A stretch of 61,576 bases of DNA, filler included, from Deltaproteobacteria bacterium (GTDB lineage: Bacteria; JAUYMQ01): assembly GCA_030698575.1 (NCBI GenBank). It is 8 parts of 8 records of this genome, joined end to end, with 100 filler letters (N's around TTAATTAATTAA, not from the genome) between each part and the next. Parts side by side here need not be neighbours in the genome. Positions count along the whole stretch, not along the records: positions 45,075 to 50,743 come from JAUYMQ010000632.1; positions 50,844 to 53,684 come from JAUYMQ010000637.1; positions 53,785 to 56,776 come from JAUYMQ010000640.1; positions 56,877 to 61,576 come from JAUYMQ010000460.1; 4 more parts are not named here. One strand, 5' to 3'. Made by a program: the position numbers and the translations under genes. Shown piece after piece: positions 47,740 to 57,665 of the stretch (its first letter is position 1; each line of letters begins with the position of its first letter). The notes below the pieces were generated by a model. The model did no database searches. It saw nothing but the letters and a program-made list of their open reading frames with translations, and was not told where the DNA came from.

Positions 47740-48907
47740 CGGTTGCCTCCCGCAGCCGTTCCTCCAGCCACAACACGTGCCCGGCCCAGCTGTGCGACGC
47801 GGCCACGTGGCCGCGTGCCGCCTCGCCCATGGCCCTGCGCCGCTCGCCGTCGCGCGCGAGCGTGACGATGGCCGTCGCAAAGGCGTCGAGATCGCGGGGC
47901 GGGACGGCGAGCCCCCGCTGCGCCTCGCCCACCTGCTCCCGCAGCCCCTCGTAGCCGAAGAGCACCACCGGAAGCCCGCAGGCCATGTACTCGAAGACCT
48001 TGAGGGGCGACCAGAAGAATCCAAAACGCGCCAGCGGCGGGTAGGCGCTGGCGTCGTAGGGGGCGATGCCGATGGCGCAGGAAGCCACCGCGGCGGGCAT
48101 CTCTTCATAGGGGATCGAGCCGGCCACGATCACGTTCTTCTCGATCCCCTCGGCGCGGACCCTGGCGCGGACCTCCGCGAGGTCATCCCCCTCGCCGAGC
48201 AGCACGAACTTCAACTCGGGCGCGCGCGCTAGCGCCCGGCGGGAGATGCCGGGGATGTCGAGCACGCCGTGCCAGCGGCGGAAGCTGCCCGCGAAGAGAA
48301 CGACCGTGCTCCCTTCCAGACCGAAACGATTCCGGAAAGCCCGGCCGGCCTCCGTCGCAGCCGCCTCCGGGCTGAAGCGCTCGACGTTCACGCCCCACCC
48401 GCACAGCCGAACCCGATCCCGCGCACCCGCCGGGACGATGCTCTCGCGGGGCGCCACCGCGATGCGCGCCGCGCTGAACTGCCACGCCACCCAGGCGCGC
48501 GTCACCGGGGCGAGGAGCGCGCCGCGCCACCCCATGCGCCAGACGAGTTCCTCGACGTGCGGGCTGTTGACCTCGAGCACGAGCGGGATGCTCCGGCGCC
48601 GCGAGAGAACCGCCCCCGCGCCGCCCTGTGTCAGATAGCGCTCCATGATCACGTCCGCGTCGGCGGCCAGCCCCGCGGCGGCGCGCAATCCCCTGAGCGG
48701 GACCATTTTACCGCCGACCTTCAGGTTCACACGGACGATGCGCACCCCTTCCAGCGTCTCCTCGGCGGCCTGCCCCGCGCCGAGGTGAACCAGCGCCGTG
48801 ACCGCGTGACCGCGCGCCACAAGCCCGCGGGAAACCTCCCAGGCGTGCACGCTGCCGCCCATGCGGCCGGGGATCTCCTCGTTGGCGAGGTAGAGAATTC
48901 GCATCAC
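47723..48907 (-). CDS. Glycosyltransferase family 4
   Basis: GGSVH, LEVNSP, FAGSFRRWHG, SPLKVFEYMACGLPV. Confidence 0.93.
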   Translation of the reverse strand: MMRILYLANEEIPGRMGGSVHAWEVSRGLVARGHAVTALVHLGAGQAAEETLEGVRIVRVNLKVGGKMVPLRGLRAAAGLAADADVIMERYLTQGGAGAVLSRRRSIPLVLEVNSPHVEELVWRMGWRGALLAPVTRAWVAWQFSAARIAVAPRESIVPAGARDRVRLCGWGVNVERFSPEAAATEAGRAFRNRFGLEGSTVVLFAGSFRRWHGVLDIPGISRRALARAPELKFVLLGEGDDLAEVRARVRAEGIEKNVIVAGSIPYEEMPAAVASCAIGIAPYDASAYPPLARFGFFWSPLKVFEYMACGLPVVLFGYEGLREQVGEAQRGLAVPPRDLDAFATAIVTLARDGERRRAMGEAARGHVAASHSWAGHVLWLEERLREATGEAAS

Positions 48908-50151
48908 GCCTCATCGGGCCGCGAGCCCGTCTTGCCGACAATGCCGGCGCCCAGTATCCGTTCCGCCGCGGCCAGCACCTCTGCCGTCGAGATCCCGTCC
49001 ATGCAGAGGTGCTCCCGGATCGGGCAGCGGGGCAGTTTGCATCCGCCGCAACGTGCTTCCGGGTCGCTCACCACAATGTGTTGCGGGCCGTAGGGGCGCC
49101 ACATTCGCGGATCCGCCGGGCCCGAGAGAACCACTGCGGGCGTGCCCGCCGCCGACGCGATGTGCGCCATGCAGGTGTCGACGCTGAGCACCAGCACCGC
49201 GCGCGCGGCGACGTCGAGCGCCGTCACGAGCCCCGCGTGAAGGAGGTCGGGCGCTTTCTGAGCGAGCCGCGCGCGCATGGCATCGAGCACCGAGGCGTCT
49301 TCCGGCCCGCCGCTGATGACCACGCGAAGCCCGTGCCGTGTCGCGAGCGAGTTGGCCACTTCGGCCCAGCGCTCGGACCGCCAGCGGTAGGACGAATCAC
49401 TCCCCGGATGCACCACGACCACGCGGTCGCCGCCGGAGAACCCCGCGCCCGGCAGGAGCTTCTCCCATTCCGCGCTTCGATCAACGCGCAGCCGCGGCTG
49501 GGCGTCCGTCACCTCGGCGCCCACGAGCGCACCGAGGGCCAGCCAGTGCTCGGCCTGGTGCCGGGGCTCGGTTCCCACGGGATAGTCGGCCGTCGCGCGC
49601 GCCCACTCGACGGGCCAGGGAAGCGTGTGCGTCAGATCGAAGCCGCGCCCGTGATCATCGTAACCCACGCGAACGCCCGCGCCGGCCTTCCGGGCGATGG
49701 CGACGCTCAGGCGCGTGAAGTCGAGCACGAAGGCCATGCAGGCCTGCCCGGCCGGCCCGACAAGCGCAGCCGCCCGCGCAGCCGCGCGGCGTGTGCCCTC
49801 ACCAGGCACAGGCGTGAAGGGCACCACCCGATCGACGCCCTCCGCCCGTTCCATGAGATCGGCGACGACGGGCGAGACGACCAGCACGACCTCGGTCGAG
49901 GGGAAACGGGCGCGCAGCGCGCGGAGAAGCGGCGTGATGACGATCGCGTCGCCGATGCGTATGCGGTGGACGACGAGCAGGCGTTCGGGAGGCGTGGCGT
50001 CAAGGGGGACGGGACCGTGGCGGAGCGAACGCCAGGCGTCGCCGGCACGCCCGATCGTCCGGCCGAGCAGCGGCTCGGCGATCCGCGTGCGAAGAAGATA
50101 CTTCTCCCTGCCGCGCAGAACCCGCGCATAGGGCGGCGGGCGGGCGGTCAC
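48904..50151 (-). CDS. Glycosyltransferase family 9 (heptosyltransferase-like)
   Basis: RIGDAIVITPLLRALR, VHPG..RW, DTCMAHIASA, CMDGIS. GTG start at 50151. Confidence 0.9.
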   Translation of the reverse strand: MTARPPPYARVLRGREKYLLRTRIAEPLLGRTIGRAGDAWRSLRHGPVPLDATPPERLLVVHRIRIGDAIVITPLLRALRARFPSTEVVLVVSPVVADLMERAEGVDRVVPFTPVPGEGTRRAAARAAALVGPAGQACMAFVLDFTRLSVAIARKAGAGVRVGYDDHGRGFDLTHTLPWPVEWARATADYPVGTEPRHQAEHWLALGALVGAEVTDAQPRLRVDRSAEWEKLLPGAGFSGGDRVVVVHPGSDSSYRWRSERWAEVANSLATRHGLRVVISGGPEDASVLDAMRARLAQKAPDLLHAGLVTALDVAARAVLVLSVDTCMAHIASAAGTPAVVLSGPADPRMWRPYGPQHIVVSDPEARCGGCKLPRCPIREHLCMDGISTAEVLAAAERILGAGIVGKTGSRPDEA

Positions 50152-50743
50152 TGCACGTACCCCAGCGCGCGGAGAACCCCCTTGGTCTGCTCGTCGACGG
50201 GGCCCTGCCCCTCGACGGTGACCAGCATCGGTTTGAGGGCCTCGCGCAGGCGCGCAAGACGTCCCGGCTCGGCGGACGCCAGATCGTGAAGCTCGTAGGG
50301 GTCCTTCGCGAGATCGAACAGCGCGGGCGCCGCGAGGATGTCGCCCGAGGGGACGAGCCTCGACTCCATGCTCTTGAAATCGCCCTCGACCGCCGCGAGG
50401 TGCAGCTCCTCGTCCCAGGTTTCGGTGCGCGCCACGATCGCGCGATCGGGGAGCTTCCGTTCGACCAGCCCCGGCACCGGGAGCGGCAGCACCGCCCCCT
50501 CGAGCTTGTCCGGCGCGGGAACGCCGAGGAACGCCAGGAGCGTGGGCGTCACGTCGACGAGCGAGGCGGGCCACTCCATGACGGACCCGGCGGGGAGATA
50601 CCCCGGCAGCCGCAGGACCCAGGGCACGTGCAGCACCTCTTCGTAAGCTTTCCCGTTGTGTCCGCGCTCGCCGCGCTCGCCGAGCAGCTCGCCGTGATCG
50701 GCGGTGACCACGATGAGCGTCCGCTCACGCATCCCCCGCGCCT
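50148..50743 (-). CDS. Sulfatase-family protein, C-terminal part
   Basis: VTADHGE, YEEVLHVP, DVTPTLL, LFDLAKDPYE, LRALGYV. Confidence 0.9.
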
Positions 50744-51006
50744 NNNNNNNNNNNNNNNNNNNNNNNNNNNNNNNNNNNNNNNNNNNNTTAATTAATTAAN
50801 NNNNNNNNNNNNNNNNNNNNNNNNNNNNNNNNNNNNNNNNNNNCGGCGCACCAGGCCGGTCGGCTCGCGTCGCCGGCGTTTACAGCTCAGCCCCGGTCTT
50901 CTCGCGCCACGGCCCATGTCTCCGTCATGGTTGCACATCACGGTCGCACATCGCCACCAGCATGATCGGTGCTGGTCTTCGGGGCGGGGGAGGTCTGGAG
51001 AAGCTC

Positions 51007-51072
51007 CGCGGCGTGTGGACCTACGCGGGCATCCGCGACCTGCTGGCCGTGCTCGAAGCGGCTACCGCCGGC
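51007..51072 (+). pseudogene. Short fragment resembling CapD/PglF N-terminal membrane region
   Basis: RGVWTYAGIRDLLAVLEAAT resembles YRGxWRYxSxxDL; no full ORF. Confidence 0.4.
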
Positions 51073-51441
51073 GTGCCGCGCACCGTCACACGGCTCCGGG
51101 CGTTTCGCGCGCGCTATCCCGCCGGGCGAAGCTCCGCCCTTCGGGCGTCCTTGACCTCGCCGGGGGGCGCGGCGGGAGCCCGGCGTGTTGCGGGCCCTCG
51201 CTCCGGAGGCCCGGTGTATCCAAGCCGCGGCATTGTCGCGGGCCTGCGCCAGGTGCTATCAGGGGATGAGCGTGTGGAATCGACCGACCCAGAGAGCGGT
51301 CCGGGAGGGCCGATACCGTCCGGATCCTGGGCGCTGGATCGAGTGGCGGGAGCGCAGGGAGGGGTAAGCGGATGGACCGCCGCTACTGGTGCCGGGGAAG
51401 GGTGACGGCCAGGTCCGGAGCATCCAGCCTGTCCCCGCCCC

Positions 51442-51524
51442 GTGGCCTCGCTGATTCCCGCCATCCGCTTCCTGACCATCGTGCCGATGCCCGGGCACCA
51501 TGCCGCGGGGCCGGGCGGACCCAG
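51442..51524 (+). pseudogene. Fragment resembling the CobS N-terminus
   Basis: (M)ASLIPAIRFLTIVPMPG resembles the CobS 'A.xFLTxxP' start; interrupted by an aminotransferase fragment. Confidence 0.4.
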
Positions 51525-51784
51525 CAGGGCCGGGTCCATGTTCCAGGAGCGGGGCTCGTCGGGGCCGGCGGCGGCCACGGCCGCTTCCGGGGAGCGCTGG
51601 GCCAGGGGCATGGGATCAATGTGTGCCAGGAGGTGCGCCCTGTTCAAGTGATTCGCACGGGCCCACCGCCGGGGGGGCTGGCGATGCCGGGGCTGACCAG
51701 GGTGCGTTCGCGGCCCCGCCCGGCGCGTGTGCACCCTGGCCCTCCTTGACCCGCGAGGACATCGGGGCTTCCTCGGCCTGGTCG

Positions 51785-51862
51785 TGGATCCAGATCTCGC
51801 CGGCTCCCGCGTCGAGCGCTGTCAGCGCGATCTGCACGGCAAAGACCCGGGGGAGGACGGCG
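51785..51862 (-). pseudogene. PIN-domain toxin, C-terminal remnant
   Basis: PRVFAVQIALTALDAGAGEIWIHD resembles the PIN 'xDxxIxxTA...lwTxD' segment with the Asp lost. Confidence 0.4.
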
Positions 51863-51934
51863 CCGGGCGCGCAGAGGTTTGACTCTCCCTGGTCTCCTGG
51901 GGCACTCTGTGAGGCAGGAGAGGGGGAAGCACCC

Positions 51935-52246
51935 ATGACGACGATCGCCCACCCGCATATCCGGCTGGATGCACGCGGCGTTGCCTGGATCGACGACGCG
52001 AACGTCAAGGTGATCGAGGTCGTGCTAGATCGCCTGGCGTACGGGTGGAGCCCGGAAGAGATCCACTTCCAGCACGCGCACCTGTCGTTGGCCCAGATCC
52101 ACGCCGCCCTCGCGTACTACTACGACCACCAGGCGGGGCTGGACGCCGAGATCGCCCGCGAGGAGCAGCACGTGGGCGAGCTCCGGCGCGCAGCTCCGGA
52201 GTCACCTCTGCAGGCTCGATTGAGGGCGCGCGGCCTGCTGTCTTGA
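51935..52246 (+). CDS. DUF433 antitoxin
   Basis: KVIEVV...GWSPEEIHFQHAHLSLAQIHAALAYYYDH; intact with RBS. Confidence 0.9.
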   Translation: MTTIAHPHIRLDARGVAWIDDANVKVIEVVLDRLAYGWSPEEIHFQHAHLSLAQIHAALAYYYDHQAGLDAEIAREEQHVGELRRAAPESPLQARLRARGLLS

Positions 52247-52559
52247 GCGTCGGCGCGAGGGGCTGAGGGTGCGCGGCGTGGACGTCCTGACCGCACAGGA
52301 GGACGGCGCCGGGCAACTTGACGACGCAGCGCTGCTGGAGAGGGCCGGCGCGCTTGGAAGAGTCCTCTTCACGCGCGACTCGGATCTGCTGGCGGAGGCC
52401 GACCTGCGCCTGCGGCGGGGCCAGCCCCTCGTGGGGCTTATTTACGCTCACCAGCTCCAGGTCACCATCGGGCGGTGCGTCCGTGACCTCGAACTGATCG
52501 CCAAGGTCGGTGAGCCCGAGGACCTGATGCTCCGAGTCCACCATCTCCCCCTCCGGTGA
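52243..52559 (+). pseudogene. DUF5615 PIN-like toxin with frameshifting N-terminal deletion
   Basis: The coupled TTG start reads MSVGARG*; GLRVRGVDVLTAQEDG...LFTRDSDLL is in another frame; the usual first strand with the conserved Asp is absent. Confidence 0.75.
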
Positions 52560-52609
52560 GGGCGTGACGCCGTCAATGCTGCTGGCGCACCCGCGCGAGC
52601 GGGTTGGTC

Positions 52610-52890
52610 TCAGACCGTTGGTTGGAGGAAGTAGGTGGCGCCGAGGGACTCGGCGGCGTCCTCGATGAGCGGGACCTCGTGGCGGGCGCAGATCTCGACG
52701 ATGGCCTCCATGTCCGCCGGCTGGCCGTAGAGGTGGACGCCGATCACCGCCTTCGGCCTCGTGCCCCGGCGGAGGCGGTCGGTGAGGGCCTCCTCCACCA
52801 GGGCCGGGTCCATGTTCCAGGAGCGGGGCTCGTCGAGGCCGGCGGGGGCGATCCAGTTGGAGGCGAAGGCCTGCTGGACGAAGTAACCGC
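52610..52890 (-). pseudogene. DegT/PglE sugar aminotransferase, N-terminal fragment with internal deletion
   Basis: FVQQAFASNWIAPAG joined directly to DEPRSWNMDP...VHLYGQPAD...IEDAAESLGATY, then a stop. Confidence 0.85.
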
Positions 52891-52912
52891 CCAGCGCCTG
52901 GCGGATGGCCCG

Positions 52913-53167
52913 TCAGGCGACCTGCGTTTCGAACTTGATGACCGGGATTGTCATCGTCCGTGCCCCCCGTCGGCGCTTCGCGTCGCCCAGGAGGGCCGCG
53001 ATGCGCCGACCGACCGGCGCCCTGACCACCTTCTCCCCACACGTTACGCAGACGCCAGCGGGCACGTCCTTCACCACGACAAGCTTGCCCTTGACCCAGA
53101 ACTCCTGCTTGACGCGCTTCTCACGGACGCGACCGCGGCAGACGTGGCACTCACCATAGTCGTGCAT
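52913..53167 (-). CDS. YgiT/MqsA-type zinc-finger protein (putative antitoxin)
   Basis: CHVCRG...VKDVPAGVCVTCGE. Confidence 0.88.
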   Translation of the reverse strand: MHDYGECHVCRGRVREKRVKQEFWVKGKLVVVKDVPAGVCVTCGEKVVRAPVGRRIAALLGDAKRRRGARTMTIPVIKFETQVA

Positions 53168-53187
53168 TGATCTCTTCCCCTGTGGGG

Positions 53188-53372
53188 TCATTCTACGAGG
53201 TAGGTCGTGACGAGCAGCAACGTTCCCGTCCCCTTGACCCGGCAAATCACCGCAACTGTCCGGCCATCGGTCGTCGGGCCCACGACCTCGTAGCGGGTGC
53301 CGCGTAGATCGTGCGTGAAGCGGCGTCGTATCCGCCCCCTCGCGATGGCCATCTCGATGTCAGCGAATACCC
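53188..53372 (-). pseudogene. DUF4258 (putative RNase toxin), N-terminally truncated
   Basis: DIEMAIARGRI...RGTRYEVVG...GRTVAVICR...LLLVTTY; the usual N-terminal His-containing helix is missing; directly upstream of the YgiT gene. Confidence 0.7.
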
Positions 53373-53397
53373 TAGACATTACCACGGGCCCACAGGT

Positions 53398-53684
53398 GCG
53401 GCCGCGGGCGAAGAGGGCCCCCGAGGCGCCGCTGACGTACGCCGGACGGCCCACGGATACCGGCGGGAGGTGCACGGGCTTCCAGAGGGGGCGGCTCTCG
53501 ATGTTCTCGCGCTCCAGCGCGAGGCGCTGCGCCTCGCGGTCGAACCCCGCCACGGCCGGGTCGATGGTGAGGCAGGTCAGCCGGCAGTTGCGGCGGCCCC
53601 AGACCGGCTCGGGCGTGAAGGCGATGCCGGGGAGGGCGCCCAGGCGCTTGGCGTCGTGGTCGAAGATCGCCCGGCGCCGCGCCA
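53398..53684 (-). pseudogene. DegT/PglE aminotransferase, degenerate C-terminal fragment
   Basis: RRRAIF...PEP.WGR.NCRLT...ENIESRPLWKPVHL...LFARG; ends before the LCLPS motif and runs in frame into the DUF4258 remnant. Confidence 0.8.
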
Positions 53685-53784
53685 NNNNNNNNNNNNNNNN
53701 NNNNNNNNNNNNNNNNNNNNNNNNNNNNTTAATTAATTAANNNNNNNNNNNNNNNNNNNNNNNNNNNNNNNNNNNNNNNNNNNN

Positions 53785-54549
53785 CGGCGCCAGCGGAATT
53801 GCGAGCAGCGAGAGGAGCGCGTAGCGCGGAAGCACGCCCCCCAGAGCGAAGAGCGGCGGCGCGAAGATGGCGCCGAGAACAAAGAGGCCGTACTGGAGGC
53901 GCGACGCGCGCCGGCCAATCACCACGGCCAGCGTTCGCTTGCCAGCCGCGCGGTCCGAGTCGATGTCACGGATGTTGTTCACAACAAGAATGGCCGTGAC
54001 CAGCAGACCCACGGGGATTGAGGCCGCCAGCGCCGGGAGCGATACCTCACCCGTCTGAACGAAGTAGGAGCCACAGACGGCGGCAACACCGAAGAAGAGA
54101 AAGCAGAGGAGATCGCCGAGCGCCATGTAGCCGTAGGGCCGGGGGCCTCCCGTGTAGAGCACGCCGGCCGCGATGCTTGCGACTCCGAGCAGCGCGACGG
54201 CCCAGCCGGCCATCGCGACGAGAACGATGCCGCACAGCGCGGCGAAGCCGAAGGCGATCCATGCGCCCGTGAGCACCTGCGCCGGCGGAATGAGCCCCGC
54301 CTGGGTCACGCGGATCGGACCGAGGCGCGATGCGCCGTCGGCCCCCTTCACCCAGTCAAAGTAATCATTGGAGAAGTTCGTGCCGACCTGGATGCCGACG
54401 GCGCCCGCCAGCGCTGCCGCGAAGGCAAGCGGGCGAAAGGTCCCCTCGCTCGCCGCCAGCGCCGTCCCCACCATCACCGGCACGACGGCCGCCGAGAGCG
54501 TCGCGGGACGCGCCGCCTGGATCCAGTGCCGCGCACGCGCGCCGCTCAC
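53785..54549 (-). CDS. menA: 1,4-dihydroxy-2-naphthoate prenyltransferase (truncated)
   Basis: [35 protein letters not shown]...KRTLAV; follows menB. Confidence 0.95.
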
Positions 54550-55376
54550 GGGAACCTCGGAAACTTCGAGAAGTCCGGCCGCCGCTTCTCGACGAAGGCG
54601 TTGCGTCCCTCCTGCCCCTCCTCGGTCATGTAAAAGAGCATGGTCGCGTTGCCGGCCAGCTCCTGGATGCCGGCCAGGCCGTCCGTGTCGGCGTTGAAGG
54701 CCGCCTTGAGGCAGCGGAGCGCCATTGGTGAATTGGCCAGAATTTCCCGGCACCATTCCGCGGTCGTTTCCTCGAGTCGATCGAAGGGCACCACCTCGTT
54801 CACCAGACCCATGTCCAGCGCCTTGCGGGCATCGTACTGGCGGCAGAGGTACCAGATCTCGCGCGCCTTCTTGTGTCCCACAATGCGAGCCATGTAGCCG
54901 GCGCCGTAGCCGCCGTCGAAGCTCCCCACGCGCGGTCCCGTCTGTCCGAATCGCGCGTTGTCCGCTGCAATGGTGAGATCGCACACCAGATGCAGCACGT
55001 GGCCCCCGCCGATGGCGTAACCGGCCACCATGGCGATCACGGGCTTGGGGAGCGTGCGGATCATCCGCTGGAGATCGAGCGCGTTGAGCCGCGGCACGCC
55101 GTCATCGCCGACGTAGCCCGCATCCCCTCTCACCTTCTGGTCGCCGCCGGAGCAGAAGGCGTCCTTTCCCTCGCCGGTGAAGATCACCACGCCGACATCG
55201 CGGTCCTCGCGCGCTGCCGCGAAGGCGTCCATCAGCTCGAAAAGCGTCTGTGGACGGAACGCGTTCCGCACTTCGGGCCGGTTGATCGTGATCTTGGCGA
55301 TTCCTTCCGCCGTCTCGTAGCGGATGTCCGTGTAGGATCGCCGCTCCTTCCAATCCGGAATAGTGGAACGTGTCAT
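54546..55376 (-). CDS. menB: 1,4-dihydroxy-2-naphthoyl-CoA synthase
   Basis: [40 protein letters not shown]. Confidence 0.98.
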   Translation of the reverse strand: MTRSTIPDWKERRSYTDIRYETAEGIAKITINRPEVRNAFRPQTLFELMDAFAAAREDRDVGVVIFTGEGKDAFCSGGDQKVRGDAGYVGDDGVPRLNALDLQRMIRTLPKPVIAMVAGYAIGGGHVLHLVCDLTIAADNARFGQTGPRVGSFDGGYGAGYMARIVGHKKAREIWYLCRQYDARKALDMGLVNEVVPFDRLEETTAEWCREILANSPMALRCLKAAFNADTDGLAGIQELAGNATMLFYMTEEGQEGRNAFVEKRRPDFSKFPRFP

Positions 55377-55412
55377 GCCCGGTCTCCTCTGGTTGAATTT
55401 CGGAACGCGGGT

Positions 55413-56776
55413 TCAGCCCGGCCCGAGAGCTTGCTCGGCGGCCTGTGCGATCTCCGCGTGAATCTCGACGTTGCGCTTCGAATCGGTCCGGACTTCCAGG
55501 ATCCCGCCGCCGTCCACGAGCTCGCGAAGCGCCGGCAGGAATTCCTGCGCCTCGTGGACCGCCCTGTGGCGCAGACCGAAGAGCGCGGCCGCGTGATCGA
55601 ACTCGAGGCCGTGAGAGGTCGCGAAGAGATCCTCGAACACCGCTTCGTGGCGGCGCTGGGGGAGAAAGCGGAAGATCCCGCCACCGTCGTTGTTCACGAC
55701 GACGATCGTCAGCGCGATGCCGTGCCGCCGTGCGGCGAGGAGCCCGCCCAGATCGTGGATAAAGCTCAGGTCGCCGATCAGAAGCGCGGTGGGAGGGGGC
55801 GAGACGGCGGCGGCGCCGAGCGCCGACGACAGCACCCCGTCGATGCCGTTCGCGCCGCGGTTGGCGAGAACGCGAAGCGGAGCGTCCCGCCCCGGAAAGA
55901 AAGATTCAAGATCGCGCACGGGCATGCTCGATCCGACGAAGAGATTGCCGCCCGACGGCCAGAAGGCCGCGAGGTCCCGCGCCACACGCCCCTCGAACAG
56001 CTCCTCCAGGCGGTTGAGACGCGCCTGCACCGCCTTGCGCACGCGCGCGTTGTGTTCCCGCCAGGAGGCGAGCCAGCGGCCCGCGCGCGCGCTTTCGGCC
56101 CGATCGAGAAGCGCGGCGCACAGCAGCGCCGGATCGACGCGCAGGACGTCGGTGGCGCGATGGTGCGGATCGCGCAGGTCGCCGTGGGGGTCCACCAGAA
56201 CGTGACGGCGCGCCCGGGCTTGCTCTCCCGAGGCAGGCGTATCGGGTCCGCCCTCGCCGTCGTCGTCACCGCCGATGAAACCGCGAAGGGCCTTCGACAC
56301 CGGGAGCGACCCAAACTGGAGGACCAGGCGCGGCTCATGCGCGCGTGTGAAGCCGGGGGCGCGAAGCAGGTGGTCGTAGCCGTCGATGATCGCATCGCGC
56401 CCGGTTCGGCCCGTGCGGAGCCCGGTCGCGCATGCGGCGACGAGCGGGTAGCCCGATTGCCGGGTAAGAGCGGCGATCGCTTCGGCGGCGTTATCGCCCT
56501 CGAGCCCTTCCCCGCAGACAATCAGCCCCTCGTCGGTCTCTCGGATGGCCGAGGCGAGGGATTCAATGAGCTCAGCCTCCGGCGCGAGGCGCCCCACGTG
56601 GTGTGTGATCACGCTCCGGGGATCGCGCGCCGCGGCCTCGCGGGCGAAGGACGGGATCGCCGGGGGATCGGCCGTGAGGGGATCGCGAAGCGGCAGGTTC
56701 AGATGCACGACGCCCGGAGGGCCCGCCGCGGCAGCAGCGGCGGCGCGGGCGCCGAGCGAACGGAAGAAGCGCGCCC
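55413..56776 (-). CDS. menD: SEPHCHC synthase, C-terminal part
   Basis: GVVHLNLPLRDPL, SSMPVRD, NRGANGIDG, GDLSFIHD, NNDGGGIF..LP. Confidence 0.95.
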
Positions 56777-56876
56777 NNNNNNNNNNNNNNNNNNNNNNNN
56801 NNNNNNNNNNNNNNNNNNNNTTAATTAATTAANNNNNNNNNNNNNNNNNNNNNNNNNNNNNNNNNNNNNNNNNNNN

Positions 56877-57601
56877 ATGAAGTTCAAGGTGTAGGGGAAC
56901 TGCAGAAAGGGACGCCTATCGTTCTGCCGATAGCAGACGTCTCCCTGCGACAGGAGCGCCCGGAGTTTTCCAGGCTCGTCTCTGAGAAGTTCGATGAGGC
57001 ATGCGGGATCGCGGCAGGGGGGAAGCTGCAGCTCCCACCCATCGGCGGAAGGTCGGTATATCGGCTTGAAGGCGTACTTGAAGAGATTTTCTAAATCGAC
57101 GCTTGCGAAACAGTAGTAGGCATACCGCGCGGAAACACGCCGATACTCCTGGCTGTTGAGAGCCAGGATTGCTCGTTCCGTTGGAAAACGCTCGCCGTAC
57201 TTCTCGAATTTCAACACCGCCTGGTCGAGTCCGTAGCCGCTCACTCCGAGGTTGAGTATCCGCCGCCCCGTCGCCCTGAAGTGCGCCGCCTGCCAGGTTG
57301 CATCCTCCTCCACCTCCGCGCCATAGGTGAAGCTGTCGCCGTAGGACTGGGCCCAGTAGGTGCGGCCCTCCTCCTGGTTCCTGGCGACGGGATCTGAATC
57401 CCAGCCGAGGCGGGGATCAAACCAGGCGCTCTCGAGGAAACGTCGCGCCCCTTCCTCAGTGATGGATTGTGGATCCAGCCTGTGCCTGAACATGAAGGGA
57501 TAGCGGCGGCCATAGAAAACGAAGAAGACATCAAGTGTCGCCAGCAGGACGGCCAGCACGACAAGGATGGAGGCGACGGCGAACATGTTCTTGCGCATCA
57601 T
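56877..57601 (-). CDS. Membrane-anchored SGNH-hydrolase-like protein (truncated)
   Basis: N-terminal TM, DPRLGW, YGDSFTYG, LNLGVSGYGLDQ. Confidence 0.85.
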
Positions 57602-57665
57602 GCTCCGTGAGCGGGTCCAAGAGAATGGGCCGTGAGCGAGGGCCGAGTCGCCGAGTGGCTTCGCG

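Noticed and set aside
53188-53553. Novel aminotransferase-DUF4258 fusion protein
   Set aside because: Both halves are truncated and degenerate, so a deletion junction explains it better than a functional fusion.
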